From Bacteroidaceae bacterium (GTDB taxonomy: Bacteria; Bacteroidota; Bacteroidia; Bacteroidales; Bacteroidaceae), in the NCBI GenBank assembly GCA_017960985.1, contig JAGCYD010000076.1, forward strand, positions 33,410 to 97,409: DNA of 64,000 nt. The letters are read 5' to 3'. The notes beneath the pieces are model-generated. The model was not told the DNA's origin and ran no database searches. It saw only the letters and a program-made list of their open reading frames with translations. This document shows, in pieces, positions 38,053 through 49,739 of this stretch (positions are counted from its first letter, which is position 1; the number at the start of each line of letters is the position of its first letter). The position numbers and the translations under genes were made by a program.

Positions 38053-38457
38053 TTATGCCTCGCAAAGTTCAGTAAGAATGCCAACCGTAGATTTCGGATG
38101 CAGGAAGGCAATATTCAGGTTGTCTGCGCCCTTGCGTGGTGCCTTGTCAATCAGGCGGATACCCTGAGCGTCGCACATAGCAAGCGCCTCGCTCAAACCA
38201 TCCTCTACCTTGAAGGCTACATGATGAACGCCACGACCGCCATTGTCGAGGAACTTCTGAACGGTGCTTTCGGGACTTGTGGGCTCCAGCAGTTCAATCT
38301 TTACTTCGCCGACCTGCATGAAAGCGGTCTTCACCTTCTGGTCTTCAACAACCTCGGTCTTATAGACCTCGAGACCAAGTACATCACGAAAGTAAGGCAA
38401 TACAGCATCAATACTCTGCACGGCAATGCCCAGATGTTCAATCTTTGAAATTTTCAT
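38053..38457 (-). CDS. mce: Methylmalonyl-CoA epimerase (VOC/glyoxalase fold)
   Basis: 134 aa: IEHLGIAV, GVHHVAFKV, FLHPKS. Confidence 0.8.
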   Translation of the reverse strand: MKISKIEHLGIAVQSIDAVLPYFRDVLGLEVYKTEVVEDQKVKTAFMQVGEVKIELLEPTSPESTVQKFLDNGGRGVHHVAFKVEDGLSEALAMCDAQGIRLIDKAPRKGADNLNIAFLHPKSTVGILTELCEA

Positions 38458-38580
38458 AGTAATAAGAGTTTAATAGTTTAATGGTTTATTGATTTGACAG
38501 GATAAAGGTACGAAATATTCTGCAATCAGCAATCTCTAATGCTTAATTTTCGCAGTTCATCGTCCGTATTTCGTATTTAT

Positions 38581-40983
38581 TTAGAACTCGATCAATACCC
38601 GTCCGTTTATCTGACGACCCGTAAGGTAATTGGGCACAGCATATTGGGTGCCCTGCACATCGGTAACCCAATAGTAACCGCTGACATTATTAAAACCGAA
38701 CAGATTGAAGCAATCCAAGCCGAGCCAGATGTTCTTCACTGCATTGTGACGCAAATGACGGTCTTCATTGTTCAGGGCGCGATAAGTCATACCGATATCG
38801 ATACGCTTATAGGCAGGGGCACGGAACGCATTCTTCTCCAATCCCGTGTGTGGAGGACCGAAAGGCAAACCGTCGGCAAACGAAGCCTTGAGATTCATCT
38901 TCCAGCGCGTAGTGCCCGGGAAATAGTCGGAGAAGAAGAAATTAATGCTGTAGCGCTGGTCGGTGGGCTGCGGGATTTTCTTCCCGTTCAGTTCCATCTG
39001 CGCCTTCATTACACCGAAACTAATCCAACTGTCCGTACCGGGTACGAACTCGCCATAGAGTTTCAAGTCGATACCGGCCACATAGCCCTTGGCGATATTC
39101 TCGCCATAATAGACCACCTTCACATTATCCACATTGTAGGGATTGATGTTCCCCTGCGCCTTGTAATATGCCTCTGCCGTGAAACGGAAAGGACGATTGG
39201 CCACACGGAACTTGTATTCCATCCCTGCGAGCAATTGGAATGAGCGCTGTGACTTGATATTCTTGTTCAAACGCACCACCGTATTGCCGTCAGTAGTTAC
39301 CGTATCGCGCAATTCCTTGTAGAAAGGCCGCTGATAGTAGAGGCCTGTGGCAAGACGGAAGGTAAAGTTGTCGTTTTTGGCAGGCACATAGCCCATAGAG
39401 ACACGCGGCGAGAACAACCATTCGTTGTTCCAGGTCCAATACGACAAACGGGCACCGTAATTGACACTCAAGATACCGATTGAAGATTCATGCCGCCAAG
39501 TGTCTTGCAAATACATCTCAAAGTGGTTGCTCGATATCTCGTTCACACTCTTCAGGTTGTAGATAAGCATCAAATCGTTTCCCGTATGGGGTATACTGTA
39601 TCCACTAGAGTCGCGACTCTCCCACTCTCGAGAGTTTTCCTTGATACGCTCGTGCTTCCAAGCCACGCCTGTCAAAAGCGTGTGGGCACGACGACGGACA
39701 TTGTAATCGAGTTTCAGGGTGTTTGTATTGCTGGTCAGCAAGTCGCGTTCGTGCTCCATATAAGTTCCCACACCCAACTGTTCTGCCGACTCTGTCTGGT
39801 TCAACCAGTATTGTCCCTGTATGTCGTAGGTTTCGCGTTCCTTTGTCGAGAAAGAACTGAAGGCAAGACTAATATTCGAGCGGTCGTTGATGCGGCGTGT
39901 GAGTTTGGCCGTACCGAACAGAGTACGAAAGAGGTCGTCCTCCTTTCCGTCGAAATAGATATACAGATGCTGAACGGAAGCCATCGTACCGAACTTCGTC
40001 GAGCGGTTCTTCGGTACGAACTCATAATCGTTTCTCGATATATATCCGATGACATCGAATGTCCAGTTGCGCGTTGGCTGCCACGAGAGATAAGCCTGAT
40101 AATCGAGGAAGGTAGGACGGTATTCGCCCTTCGTTTCCAATGAGCCTAACAGATATTGATTGGTCTTGTAGCGCAATCCATTACTAAACGAGAACTTTTT
40201 GTTGCCATAACCGGCATATCCGCTTGCGCCCAATAGCGAACCATGAATCGACCCTTCCCAGCCTTTGGGCTTACGATAGGTGATGTCCAGCACACTACTC
40301 ATCTTGTCGCCATACTTCGCTTCGAAGCCACCTGCAGAGAAGTCCACCTTCTCCACCATATCGCTATTGATAACAGAAAGGCCTTCTTGCTGTCCCGAAC
40401 TGATAAGCAACGGACGATAAATCTCTACGCCGTTGATATAGACACAGTTTTCATCGAACGAACCGCCACGCACATTGTACTGACTGGAAAGTTCATTGTG
40501 GGTAGATACGCCTGCCTGTGTGGCCACAAGTTCCTCTACGGCATTTCCCGTCGTGGAGGGCATTCGCTTCAGTTCGGAAGTGTTCAGGTTTTGCATACTT
40601 CCCAACTGACGGCGCGATTCCACCACCTCGACTGCATCCAACTGGCGGTCGTTGCTCTTCATGACGATGTTCATCACCAGTTCGCCAACGGGTTTCTTCA
40701 GAACACGCTTGCGGTTCACAAAACCTATCATCTGATAGTGAACAACCACACTATCTGCCGAACGGAACGAGATGTTATACTTTCCGTCGATATTGGCTGT
40801 TGTGGCTATTCCCTGCCCCTCTATACGCACAACAACAAAAGGGATAGGCTCCTGATTCTCATCGACTACCGACCCACGCAATTTGACATGCGTCGTATCT
40901 TCATTCTCCTGGGCACACAAATCCACATCTACACCCAAGCAGAGTACAGACAATAGTAAGATAAAAAGAAATTTGTGCGCCAT
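38581..40983 (-). CDS. TonB-dependent receptor with an N-terminal carboxypeptidase-regulatory-like domain
   Basis: Signal peptide. CarbopepD_reg-like domain (LRGSVVDENQEPIPFVVVRIEG..DGKYNISF). Plug and barrel. C-terminal aromatic residue (..RVLIEF). Confidence 0.85.
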   Translation of the reverse strand: MAHKFLFILLLSVLCLGVDVDLCAQENEDTTHVKLRGSVVDENQEPIPFVVVRIEGQGIATTANIDGKYNISFRSADSVVVHYQMIGFVNRKRVLKKPVGELVMNIVMKSNDRQLDAVEVVESRRQLGSMQNLNTSELKRMPSTTGNAVEELVATQAGVSTHNELSSQYNVRGGSFDENCVYINGVEIYRPLLISSGQQEGLSVINSDMVEKVDFSAGGFEAKYGDKMSSVLDITYRKPKGWEGSIHGSLLGASGYAGYGNKKFSFSNGLRYKTNQYLLGSLETKGEYRPTFLDYQAYLSWQPTRNWTFDVIGYISRNDYEFVPKNRSTKFGTMASVQHLYIYFDGKEDDLFRTLFGTAKLTRRINDRSNISLAFSSFSTKERETYDIQGQYWLNQTESAEQLGVGTYMEHERDLLTSNTNTLKLDYNVRRRAHTLLTGVAWKHERIKENSREWESRDSSGYSIPHTGNDLMLIYNLKSVNEISSNHFEMYLQDTWRHESSIGILSVNYGARLSYWTWNNEWLFSPRVSMGYVPAKNDNFTFRLATGLYYQRPFYKELRDTVTTDGNTVVRLNKNIKSQRSFQLLAGMEYKFRVANRPFRFTAEAYYKAQGNINPYNVDNVKVVYYGENIAKGYVAGIDLKLYGEFVPGTDSWISFGVMKAQMELNGKKIPQPTDQRYSINFFFSDYFPGTTRWKMNLKASFADGLPFGPPHTGLEKNAFRAPAYKRIDIGMTYRALNNEDRHLRHNAVKNIWLGLDCFNLFGFNNVSGYYWVTDVQGTQYAVPNYLTGRQINGRVLIEF

Positions 40984-41012
40984 ACATTAATAATAACGCG
41001 CGCGAGTACGGA

Positions 41013-41534
41013 TTATTGTTTGGCCAGAATAGGCAAACTGAAACTACCCGATGCCGAACTGTACATCAAGCCGTCGTAGGAAGAACGGATAGTTCCCGTA
41101 CAACCAGCACCCGTTGTACCATTGCTGGAAAAACTTTCTCCGCCAGCCGAATTCTTAAAGGATGCCTTAAAAGTACATGTATAGGTGCCTGCAACAACAT
41201 TTTCAGGCACTTCCAGTTCCCATACGGGACTAGTATTGTCCACCCCGTCGTAGTTCGTATGCTTCGAATAGGTAAGCGTTTCGTTCTCTTCGCTACTACC
41301 ATTGAGCACCTTTACCGTCATGCTCCAATTATAGTCTGTGCCATTCAGATAAGTGCCCTTAGTCAGTTGGACGGCCGTAATTTTCACGGTTTCACCGCCA
41401 TGAACGACGCTTGGGGAATACTTAAAGCCTTGATAAGTAGGCGGACGACTGATTGCTTCGTCATCATCACATCCGCAAAGGAAAAGACTAAATACACCGA
41501 GAAAAAGAATAACGAACCTTGATATATGCTTCAT
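41013..41534 (-). CDS. Small lipoprotein of unknown function (Ig-like beta-rich fold)
   Basis: Lipobox LFLCGCDDDE. 173 aa. 29 nt upstream of the TonB-dependent receptor gene. Confidence 0.6.
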   Translation of the reverse strand: MKHISRFVILFLGVFSLFLCGCDDDEAISRPPTYQGFKYSPSVVHGGETVKITAVQLTKGTYLNGTDYNWSMTVKVLNGSSEENETLTYSKHTNYDGVDNTSPVWELEVPENVVAGTYTCTFKASFKNSAGGESFSSNGTTGAGCTGTIRSSYDGLMYSSASGSFSLPILAKQ

Positions 41535-42106
41535 GATACAAACTGCTTTAGTTCCTGATATAGTCTTTGTACGGGCAAGCCCATGACATTGAAGTACGAG
41601 CCCTCAATATGCTCCACGCCAACATACCCTATCCATTCCTGTACGCCATAGGCTCCAGCCTTGTCCAACGGATGATAGTTGCTTACATAATACGCGATTT
41701 CATCGTCGGAAAGATTGGAGAAGCGCACCTGACTTACCGCCGAAAAGGTATGCTGTTTGTCCTTTCGCAAGAGTGTCACGCCCGTTATCACCTGATGGGT
41801 CTTTCCACGCAACGCCTTCAACATCCTCACGGCATCTTCCTCGTCCGCAGGCTTACCCAGCACCATTCCGTCAAGATACACTATCGTATCTGCCGTGATA
41901 ACCACCTCGTCGTCTGCCAGCGTATTCCTATAGGCCTCGGCTTTCTTCTGTGAGATGCAACGGGCAATTTCTTCTCCCGAGAGACCATTTGGGTAGGATT
42001 CATCGATATCGGGCAGCAAACGGACCTCAAAGTCGATGTCAAGCCCCTTCAACAGTTCTTTCCTTCTGGGACTACCGCTTGCCAGGATATACTTATATTG
42101 TTTCAA
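41531..42106 (-). CDS. maf: Maf-like nucleoside triphosphate pyrophosphatase
   Basis: YILASGSPRRKELL..AGAYGVQE. I place the start at the TTG at 42104-42106 (M-KQYKYILASGSPRR), overlapping the dapA TGA. The ORF-track start at 42202 would add 32 non-homologous residues inside dapA. Confidence 0.75.
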   Translation of the reverse strand: MKQYKYILASGSPRRKELLKGLDIDFEVRLLPDIDESYPNGLSGEEIARCISQKKAEAYRNTLADDEVVITADTIVYLDGMVLGKPADEEDAVRMLKALRGKTHQVITGVTLLRKDKQHTFSAVSQVRFSNLSDDEIAYYVSNYHPLDKAGAYGVQEWIGYVGVEHIEGSYFNVMGLPVQRLYQELKQFVS

Positions 42107-42984
42107 AGTTGCTTCAGTATTTCGTCGATTCTTGCTATCGTTGGCTGTGAAGCAGGAACCAAAGGCAAACGAAGTTGGTCCTCGGCTTTGCCCAACGAAC
42201 AAAGTGCCGCTTTCACGCCTGCGGGATTTCCATCCACAAACATCAACTTATACAATTCCGACAGGCTATCGTTTATCCGATTGGCTTCTGAATTCTGCCC
42301 GTTCATCGCGAAATGTACCATCTGGGCAAACAAAGCAGGTATTGCGTTGCCGATTACGCTGATAATACCCACACCACCCCTTCCGATGATATGAAGGGTC
42401 AGCGAGTCGTCGCCCGAAATGACATCGAAGTCCGCGGGCTTCTTTGCCAGTATCTCGTCAATCTGCTCTACCTTACCGCTTGCCTCCTTTATCGCCACGA
42501 TATTCTCAAAGTCACGAGCCAGACGCAGAGTTGTTTCCGCAGCCAAGTTCACGCCTGTTCTACCAGGCACATTATACAGGACTACAGGCAACGGACTTGC
42601 TTTGGCTATGGCTGCATAATGCTGATAGAGTCCTTCCTGCGTAGGCTTGTTGTACATCGGACATACGCTCAATATGCCGTCGATACCCATCCAGTCCGTT
42701 GTCTTTATCTCTTCCACCACAGCAGCCGTACAGTTGCCACCGCATCCCATCAACAGGGGAACACGACCTGCTACATGCTCGACAATGGTTTCCTTTATTC
42801 GGATTTTCTCTTCTTTCGTCAGGCAGGGCGTTTCCGCCGTTGTGCCCAGTACACAGAGAAAGTCCACGCCATTGCCTATCTGGTAATCGACAAGCGAAAG
42901 CAATGCTTCATAATCCACGCTTCCATCGGTCTTAAACGGTGTGACCAAGGCAATGCCTAAACCTTTGAACTTATTATTTCTCAT
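42103..42984 (-). CDS. dapA: 4-hydroxy-tetrahydrodipicolinate synthase
   Basis: GLGIALVTPF.., GTTAE, and the Schiff-base lysine context VAIKEASG. Confidence 0.95.
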   Translation of the reverse strand: MRNNKFKGLGIALVTPFKTDGSVDYEALLSLVDYQIGNGVDFLCVLGTTAETPCLTKEEKIRIKETIVEHVAGRVPLLMGCGGNCTAAVVEEIKTTDWMGIDGILSVCPMYNKPTQEGLYQHYAAIAKASPLPVVLYNVPGRTGVNLAAETTLRLARDFENIVAIKEASGKVEQIDEILAKKPADFDVISGDDSLTLHIIGRGGVGIISVIGNAIPALFAQMVHFAMNGQNSEANRINDSLSELYKLMFVDGNPAGVKAALCSLGKAEDQLRLPLVPASQPTIARIDEILKQL

Positions 42985-42993
42985 AACTTATAC

Positions 42994-45009
<2,016 letters not shown>

Positions 45010-46092
45010 CTATTGCTGTAGTTTCTCCATGTTCTCGTTTGCCACCTTCAGGTATTCCGCCACATAGGGGTGGTTGAGGAAATAAGGCGTTGCGCCGACC
45101 ATGATTTCCTCTATCTGTGGAGTCAATACGGGATAGGCATACTCGCTGGTCAATATCATGAACAGGCCGAAGCCCAGTACATTGTTGTAGTTGCTTTTGA
45201 TGAAACTCGTCTCCAACTGGTCGCCCCGTGCCGTCAGCATCTGCGCCTCCAGAGCCAAACGGGCTATCACCTCGTCGTGCTCCATACCGTCCATCACCAT
45301 GCGTCCCTCTTTGCGAGGCAGTTCGGCAAGTTGGTTGTCGATTTGCGTCTTTCGCTGGATGAAGTTATACAAACTGTCGTTGAGCGGAGTTCCCGAAACG
45401 AGTTGGGCCATTTCGTCAATCTTCACTACGATGTTCCCCTCCTCTACGACAACGGGCATCAGGCTTTGGTTGCCCAGGAACAAATTGGTAATCATCGTGG
45501 AATCCATCTTCCCATTGAAGGCAAACTTACCGTGCATGACCACGCAGGAATCTATGCTTTTCAGGTCCTGATTATCGTAAACCTTCAAATAGAGCATTTT
45601 CCCCTCCATGCCGTGAACCGTCGTTGTACCCGTCACAGAATAATGTTCCGAGCAGGCCGACATGATGAAGGTCAAGCCTAAAAGCAGACCTACAGACTTC
45701 ACAACACCTGTCTTTCCATGACCGTTAGTATTCTCGCTGTCATCGCTGGGCAGGCGGAACGCCGTATATAACTGTATCACGGCGCCAATGAGCAGACAGA
45801 TGACCCACTCGTTATACCGTACAATCGTGTGTCCTAACTGCTGTGCGACCATCGCCACAGCGGAGAGGACTAGGACTGCAGCACCGAACATCTGCTGACG
45901 GCGCAGGCGGACAATCACAAAGTCATTGCCTTCGTAGCCCGCACGAGCCTGCATCGAGACGAACATCAAAACGCCGACAACATACAAGGCAACGGGAATC
46001 CAGCCACCTGCCAAATAAGACACGGCGCCTGCAATCATCAGCAGGGCACCTGTGCGGAATACAAGGTTCTCAGTTTTGGAAAGTTTCTTCAT
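45010..46092 (-). CDS. Composite ORF: 4-TM membrane segment followed in frame by a lipoprotein-type signal and a DUF4369-like domain
   Basis: N-terminal TM helices (LLMIAGAVSYLAGGWIPVALYVVGVLMF..). An internal lipoprotein-type signal, GVVKSVGLLLGLTFIMSAC, can start at the GTG at 45700-45702. Then YSVTGTT..GKMLYLKVYD..HGKFAFNG (DUF4369-like). The start is uncertain: 46128, 46092 or 45702. Confidence 0.55.
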   Translation of the reverse strand: MKKLSKTENLVFRTGALLMIAGAVSYLAGGWIPVALYVVGVLMFVSMQARAGYEGNDFVIVRLRRQQMFGAAVLVLSAVAMVAQQLGHTIVRYNEWVICLLIGAVIQLYTAFRLPSDDSENTNGHGKTGVVKSVGLLLGLTFIMSACSEHYSVTGTTTVHGMEGKMLYLKVYDNQDLKSIDSCVVMHGKFAFNGKMDSTMITNLFLGNQSLMPVVVEEGNIVVKIDEMAQLVSGTPLNDSLYNFIQRKTQIDNQLAELPRKEGRMVMDGMEHDEVIARLALEAQMLTARGDQLETSFIKSNYNNVLGFGLFMILTSEYAYPVLTPQIEEIMVGATPYFLNHPYVAEYLKVANENMEKLQQ

Positions 46093-46408
46093 CCCCTGCA
46101 TTCTCCTCTTGTGTATCCATGACGACATAAATATCCTCGCCCGGGTACTTCATAAGATATTTCTCACGAGCCACACGCACCACTTCCTCCTTGCTGTTCT
46201 CCAAGGCCTCCAAGGCTTTCGTATCCCGTTCGAACTGGTTTTGATACCCACGCATCTCCGCTTTTAGGGCATTGATTTCCTGTATGCGCTGACGGCGTTC
46301 CCAGAAACTGTTTTCATCTACGAAACCAACCATCACGGCAAAGAAAAGCACCACTACCAGGTACTTATGCCTACGGATAAAATCCCAAACCGAATAAATC
46401 TTACTCAT
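46070..46408 (-). CDS. ftsB: Septum formation initiator family protein (FtsB/DivIC-like)
   Basis: 112 aa with an N-terminal TM helix, a coiled coil (RRQRIQEINALKAEMRGYQNQ), and the REKYLMKYPGEDIYVV block. Confidence 0.8.
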   Translation of the reverse strand: MSKIYSVWDFIRRHKYLVVVLFFAVMVGFVDENSFWERRQRIQEINALKAEMRGYQNQFERDTKALEALENSKEEVVRVAREKYLMKYPGEDIYVVMDTQEENAGDEETFQN

Positions 46409-46432
46409 ACCCTGCGATTTTATTTACGCGTA

Positions 46433-46440
46433 CAAAGATA
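46433..46440 (-). promoter_or_regulatory. -7 box for the ftsB-led minus-strand cluster
   Basis: The minus strand reads TAtcTTTG, 25 nt upstream of the ftsB ATG. Confidence 0.45.
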
Positions 46441-46518
46441 CAAATAAGCGAACGAAAACGCAAACTATGGAGAAACAAAATGCTGCAGATTACAACATAA
46501 TATTATCTATCCGTCAGC

Positions 46519-46633
46519 GCAATACTATTTCGAGGCATCACGCAATAGTAATCCATCCATTCATGCAATAGTAGTCCGAGACACGGAAGATTAGTAATCC
46601 GTCGGCTTACGCAATAGTATTTCAACATTCTTT
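46519..46633 (+). repeat. Five tandem units of about 23 bp with a GCAATAGTAnTCC core
   Basis: Units start at 46519, 46542, 46565, 46589 and 46611 (gcaatactattt / gcaatagtaatcc / gcaatagtagtcc / gattagtaatcc / gcaatagtatttc). The 11-12-nt spacers are variable. Confidence 0.7.
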
Positions 46634-46698
46634 GGAACAAATCGCAAAAAATTCGACAAAGGGCGGCATCTTTACTTGCATTTTCGCTCGCTTAATCG

Positions 46699-46706
46699 TA
46701 CCTTTG
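46699..46706 (+). promoter_or_regulatory. -7 box for dnaX
   Basis: TAccTTTG lies 52 nt upstream of the ATG at 46758. Confidence 0.45.
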
Positions 46707-46757
46707 TATCTCGAAGTACCTCAAAGTATATCGTAAAGAAACATCATAACTAATTCT

Positions 46758-48524
46758 ATGGAACAATACATTGTTTCGGCACGCAAGTACAGGCCCGCCA
46801 CCTTCGACATGGTTGTGGGGCAAAGAGCGCTGACGACCACGCTGCTCAATGCCATCCGCACGGGGAAGTTGGCACACGCCTACTTGTTCTGCGGTCCACG
46901 CGGTGTGGGCAAAACGACTTGCGCCCGTATCTTTGCCAAGACCATCAACTGTCTGAACCCAGGCGAGAACGGTGAACCCTGTGGGGTATGCGAATCGTGT
47001 CGTGCCTTCGACGAACAGCGTTCGATGAACATCCACGAGCTGGACGCCGCGTCGAACAACTCGGTGGACGACATTCGCGAACTAATCGACCAGGTGCGCA
47101 TTCCGCCCCAGACAGGCAAGTACAAAGTGTTTATCATCGACGAGGTACACATGCTTTCGCAGCAGGCATTCAATGCCTTTCTGAAAACCCTCGAGGAACC
47201 ACCCAAGTATGTCATATTCATCCTTGCCACGACGGAAAAGCACAAGATTCTGCCCACGATATTGAGCCGTTGTCAGGTTTACGACTTTGCACGCATCACG
47301 GTACAGAACACCGTGGAGCACCTCAAATATGTGGCCGAGAAGGAAGGATATAAGGCAGAGGACGATGCCTTGAGCCTAATTGCCCAGAAGGCCGATGGCG
47401 GTATGCGCGACGCGCTATCCATCTTCGACCAGATGGTTAGCTTTACGGGCGGCAACATTACCTATCAAAGTACACTGGACAACCTGAATATTCTCGACTC
47501 GGAATATTATTTCCGCGTGGTGGACAATATGCTGAAGGGCGATGTGGAAGCCTCCCTGATTCTCTTCAACGAGGTTACCGAACGCGGATTCGACGGCGGC
47601 AACTTCATCTCGGGACTGGCATCACACCTGCGCAATCTACTCGTCAGTCGCGATGCCAAGACTTTACCCCTACTCGAAGTGGGCGAGACATTCCGCCAGC
47701 GCTATCAGGAACAAGCCATGCGCTGCAAGCCGCAGTTCTTGTATCGCGCCATCAAATTGTGCAACGACTGTGATTTGGGCTACCGACAGAGCCGTAACAA
47801 GCGACTGCAGGTAGAACTCTGCCTGATTCAGGCCACGCAGTCAGTCGGGGACGAAGACGGTGTCGGCGCGGGGCTTTGCCCTGCGAAGATACTTAAACCC
47901 CTATTCCAGCAGCCCACCGCTCAAGGAGCGGAAGAGGCCGCAAAACCACAAGTGAAAGAAAAGAAAGAGGTTTCCGAGGCTCCCCAAAGTGCCCCGGCAG
48001 CCCCTGCTACTCCCAAGCCTACGGCATCACGCCCCTCGCTGCGCACCCTCAACCTAAATACCACGAGCATCCGGAAAGCCGTCTCTACTCCATCGACTAC
48101 TTCTGCACAGAAAACGACACAAGCAGAAGAACCCGATACGGACACCCAATCTACGCACAACGGAACACTCAACAAAGAAAATCTCATTCTCGCATGGCAG
48201 CAATATGCCAATAGTCTGCCCCAGTCGGAAAAGGCGACGGCACAGCGTATGCGCGGTATCACACCCGAGGTTGTTTCGGCCAACACCTTCCACATCATTG
48301 CTAACAATCCGCTCATCGAGAAGTCGCTCCAGAAGATGAGAAAAGGTATCGAGCGACACATCTGTACCCAACTCAACCTCGCGGAGGTAACAATGCAAAT
48401 AGAGGTAGCAAAGGTGGAAGAAGCCATCAAAAGCGTTAGCAAACCCGACCAGTTTAGGAAGATGCTAAACGACAGCCCCAGCCTCGCCCTACTCAATCAA
48501 GAGTTCAAATTAAAGTTGGAATAA
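46758..48524 (+). CDS. dnaX: DNA polymerase III subunit gamma/tau
   Basis: Walker A GPRGVGKTT, Zn module CGVCESCRAF, and SRC motif ILSRCQ. Low-complexity Pro/Ala/Thr linker. Confidence 0.95.
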   Translation: MEQYIVSARKYRPATFDMVVGQRALTTTLLNAIRTGKLAHAYLFCGPRGVGKTTCARIFAKTINCLNPGENGEPCGVCESCRAFDEQRSMNIHELDAASNNSVDDIRELIDQVRIPPQTGKYKVFIIDEVHMLSQQAFNAFLKTLEEPPKYVIFILATTEKHKILPTILSRCQVYDFARITVQNTVEHLKYVAEKEGYKAEDDALSLIAQKADGGMRDALSIFDQMVSFTGGNITYQSTLDNLNILDSEYYFRVVDNMLKGDVEASLILFNEVTERGFDGGNFISGLASHLRNLLVSRDAKTLPLLEVGETFRQRYQEQAMRCKPQFLYRAIKLCNDCDLGYRQSRNKRLQVELCLIQATQSVGDEDGVGAGLCPAKILKPLFQQPTAQGAEEAAKPQVKEKKEVSEAPQSAPAAPATPKPTASRPSLRTLNLNTTSIRKAVSTPSTTSAQKTTQAEEPDTDTQSTHNGTLNKENLILAWQQYANSLPQSEKATAQRMRGITPEVVSANTFHIIANNPLIEKSLQKMRKGIERHICTQLNLAEVTMQIEVAKVEEAIKSVSKPDQFRKMLNDSPSLALLNQEFKLKLE

Positions 48525-48540
48525 GCCCCTCCCTCTCCTT

Positions 48541-49122
48541 TTACACGGCAAACAGACGGGCATAATACGCCGCTTTCTTCTCCATCTTCAGCGGATAGGC
48601 ACGAGACGAAGAGGGCATTCGCCACCAACGAAGTTCACGACCAAAGACCCGAAGCATTACATTCTCCCCTATCTTCGGTAATGCAAACGAAGTATCGGAA
48701 GCTAGGCTCAACTGACGGAAAAGTTCCTCGCTTGCCTTACCGCCCGTTGTCACCACATCATGGCAGTCTGGCATCTGCCGAAGCAACGCTTCCACATCCG
48801 TTGGCTCAACGATTTCCAGATGGTCATCACTGGCATTATCCTGCTTGCGACATACCTTTCTCGCCGTATCGAAGAATGCCAATCCTTTACTTCCGCAAAA
48901 CTCTATAATCTTTTGCTTATCAAATCTTTTCTCTCTTTGCATTATAAACCAATTTGCATCACAAAAGAACACAACGCCCATTATCCGCCAGAAGTCGTTA
49001 ATCCAGTTTGGATAGAAGAAATCCATACACCATCGGGCACGCGGAGGAGGAAAACTTCCAAGGAAAAGGACGCGCCCGTTCGATGGCAAAAAGGGTTCTA
49101 AGGGATGCGTCTCGTAGGTCAT
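48541..49122 (-). CDS. Uracil-DNA glycosylase superfamily protein (family-6 / deoxyinosine glycosylase-like)
   Basis: VLFLGSFPPP..FFYPNWINDFWRIMG resembles the LGSFPS..N.FW motif of that family. Confidence 0.55.
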   Translation of the reverse strand: MTYETHPLEPFLPSNGRVLFLGSFPPPRARWCMDFFYPNWINDFWRIMGVVFFCDANWFIMQREKRFDKQKIIEFCGSKGLAFFDTARKVCRKQDNASDDHLEIVEPTDVEALLRQMPDCHDVVTTGGKASEELFRQLSLASDTSFALPKIGENVMLRVFGRELRWWRMPSSSRAYPLKMEKKAAYYARLFAV

Positions 49123-49739
49123 GGCATATACGCGTCAAATAGTTTTCGCAGTTGCCCTTCGTCGTCTATCAATTGCCGAAGTTGCTCTAATCGTTGTGCG
49201 TTGGGAGAGTCTTCGAACCACAAATGAAGATAACCCTTCCGCCCATATTTCTCGTGTAGATGTTGCAACATCCGCTGGTAATGCTCCTCGCGGTTCAGTT
49301 CGGGATAATGGTCGATACCGAACTGAACGGTACGCCGCACGATATCCTTCGGCTCGATATACCTATCGGCCTCTGCCACAATACGCCCATACAGGGTACG
49401 CGGAGCACGACTGGCAGAAGCGCGATGATCCTCTGCCGCATCGGCCATCGTTTCTATCTGTTCTTCGCTAAACCATTGCCGCAGGTGTTTATCCTCCCTG
49501 ATGATACGAGCCGAAACGATATGATGCTGTTCGCGCCCTTCGCAAAGTCCCGTATCGTGATAGGCCGCAATGGCAAAAGCCATATTTTCATCCGCATTGT
49601 GCTGCACTGCCAGTTCGAGGCTCTGACGGATTACCATATCGACATGACTGCGCTGGTGCGCCTGGTCAAAAGTCTCGTAGCGCGGCAGGATTTCCCGTTC
49701 AATGTACGCACGAAGCCCTTCGTCAATTTTCATAGGCAA
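49119..49739 (-). CDS. HD-domain phosphohydrolase
   Basis: H..HD pattern (QRSHVD.., AAYHDTGL) and a downstream ED/H metal ligand (AAEDHRAS). Confidence 0.65.
   Translation of the reverse strand: MPMKIDEGLRAYIEREILPRYETFDQAHQRSHVDMVIRQSLELAVQHNADENMAFAIAAYHDTGLCEGREQHHIVSARIIREDKHLRQWFSEEQIETMADAAEDHRASASRAPRTLYGRIVAEADRYIEPKDIVRRTVQFGIDHYPELNREEHYQRMLQHLHEKYGRKGYLHLWFEDSPNAQRLEQLRQLIDDEGQLRKLFDAYMP

Noticed and set aside
46519-46633. CRISPR-like reading of the 23-bp-period arrays (also 4731-4867)
   Set aside because: The conserved cores are only about 12 nt and the spacers about 11 nt, well below CRISPR dimensions. The cores are imperfect, there is no leader, and no cas genes occur in the window.
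46758-48524. A programmed -1 frameshift in dnaX (the gamma/tau mechanism of E. coli)
   Set aside because: I found no A-AAA-AAG-type slippery heptamer with a downstream hairpin. The A-rich stretch near 47941-47970 (gaaagaaaagaaagag) is interrupted by G residues.
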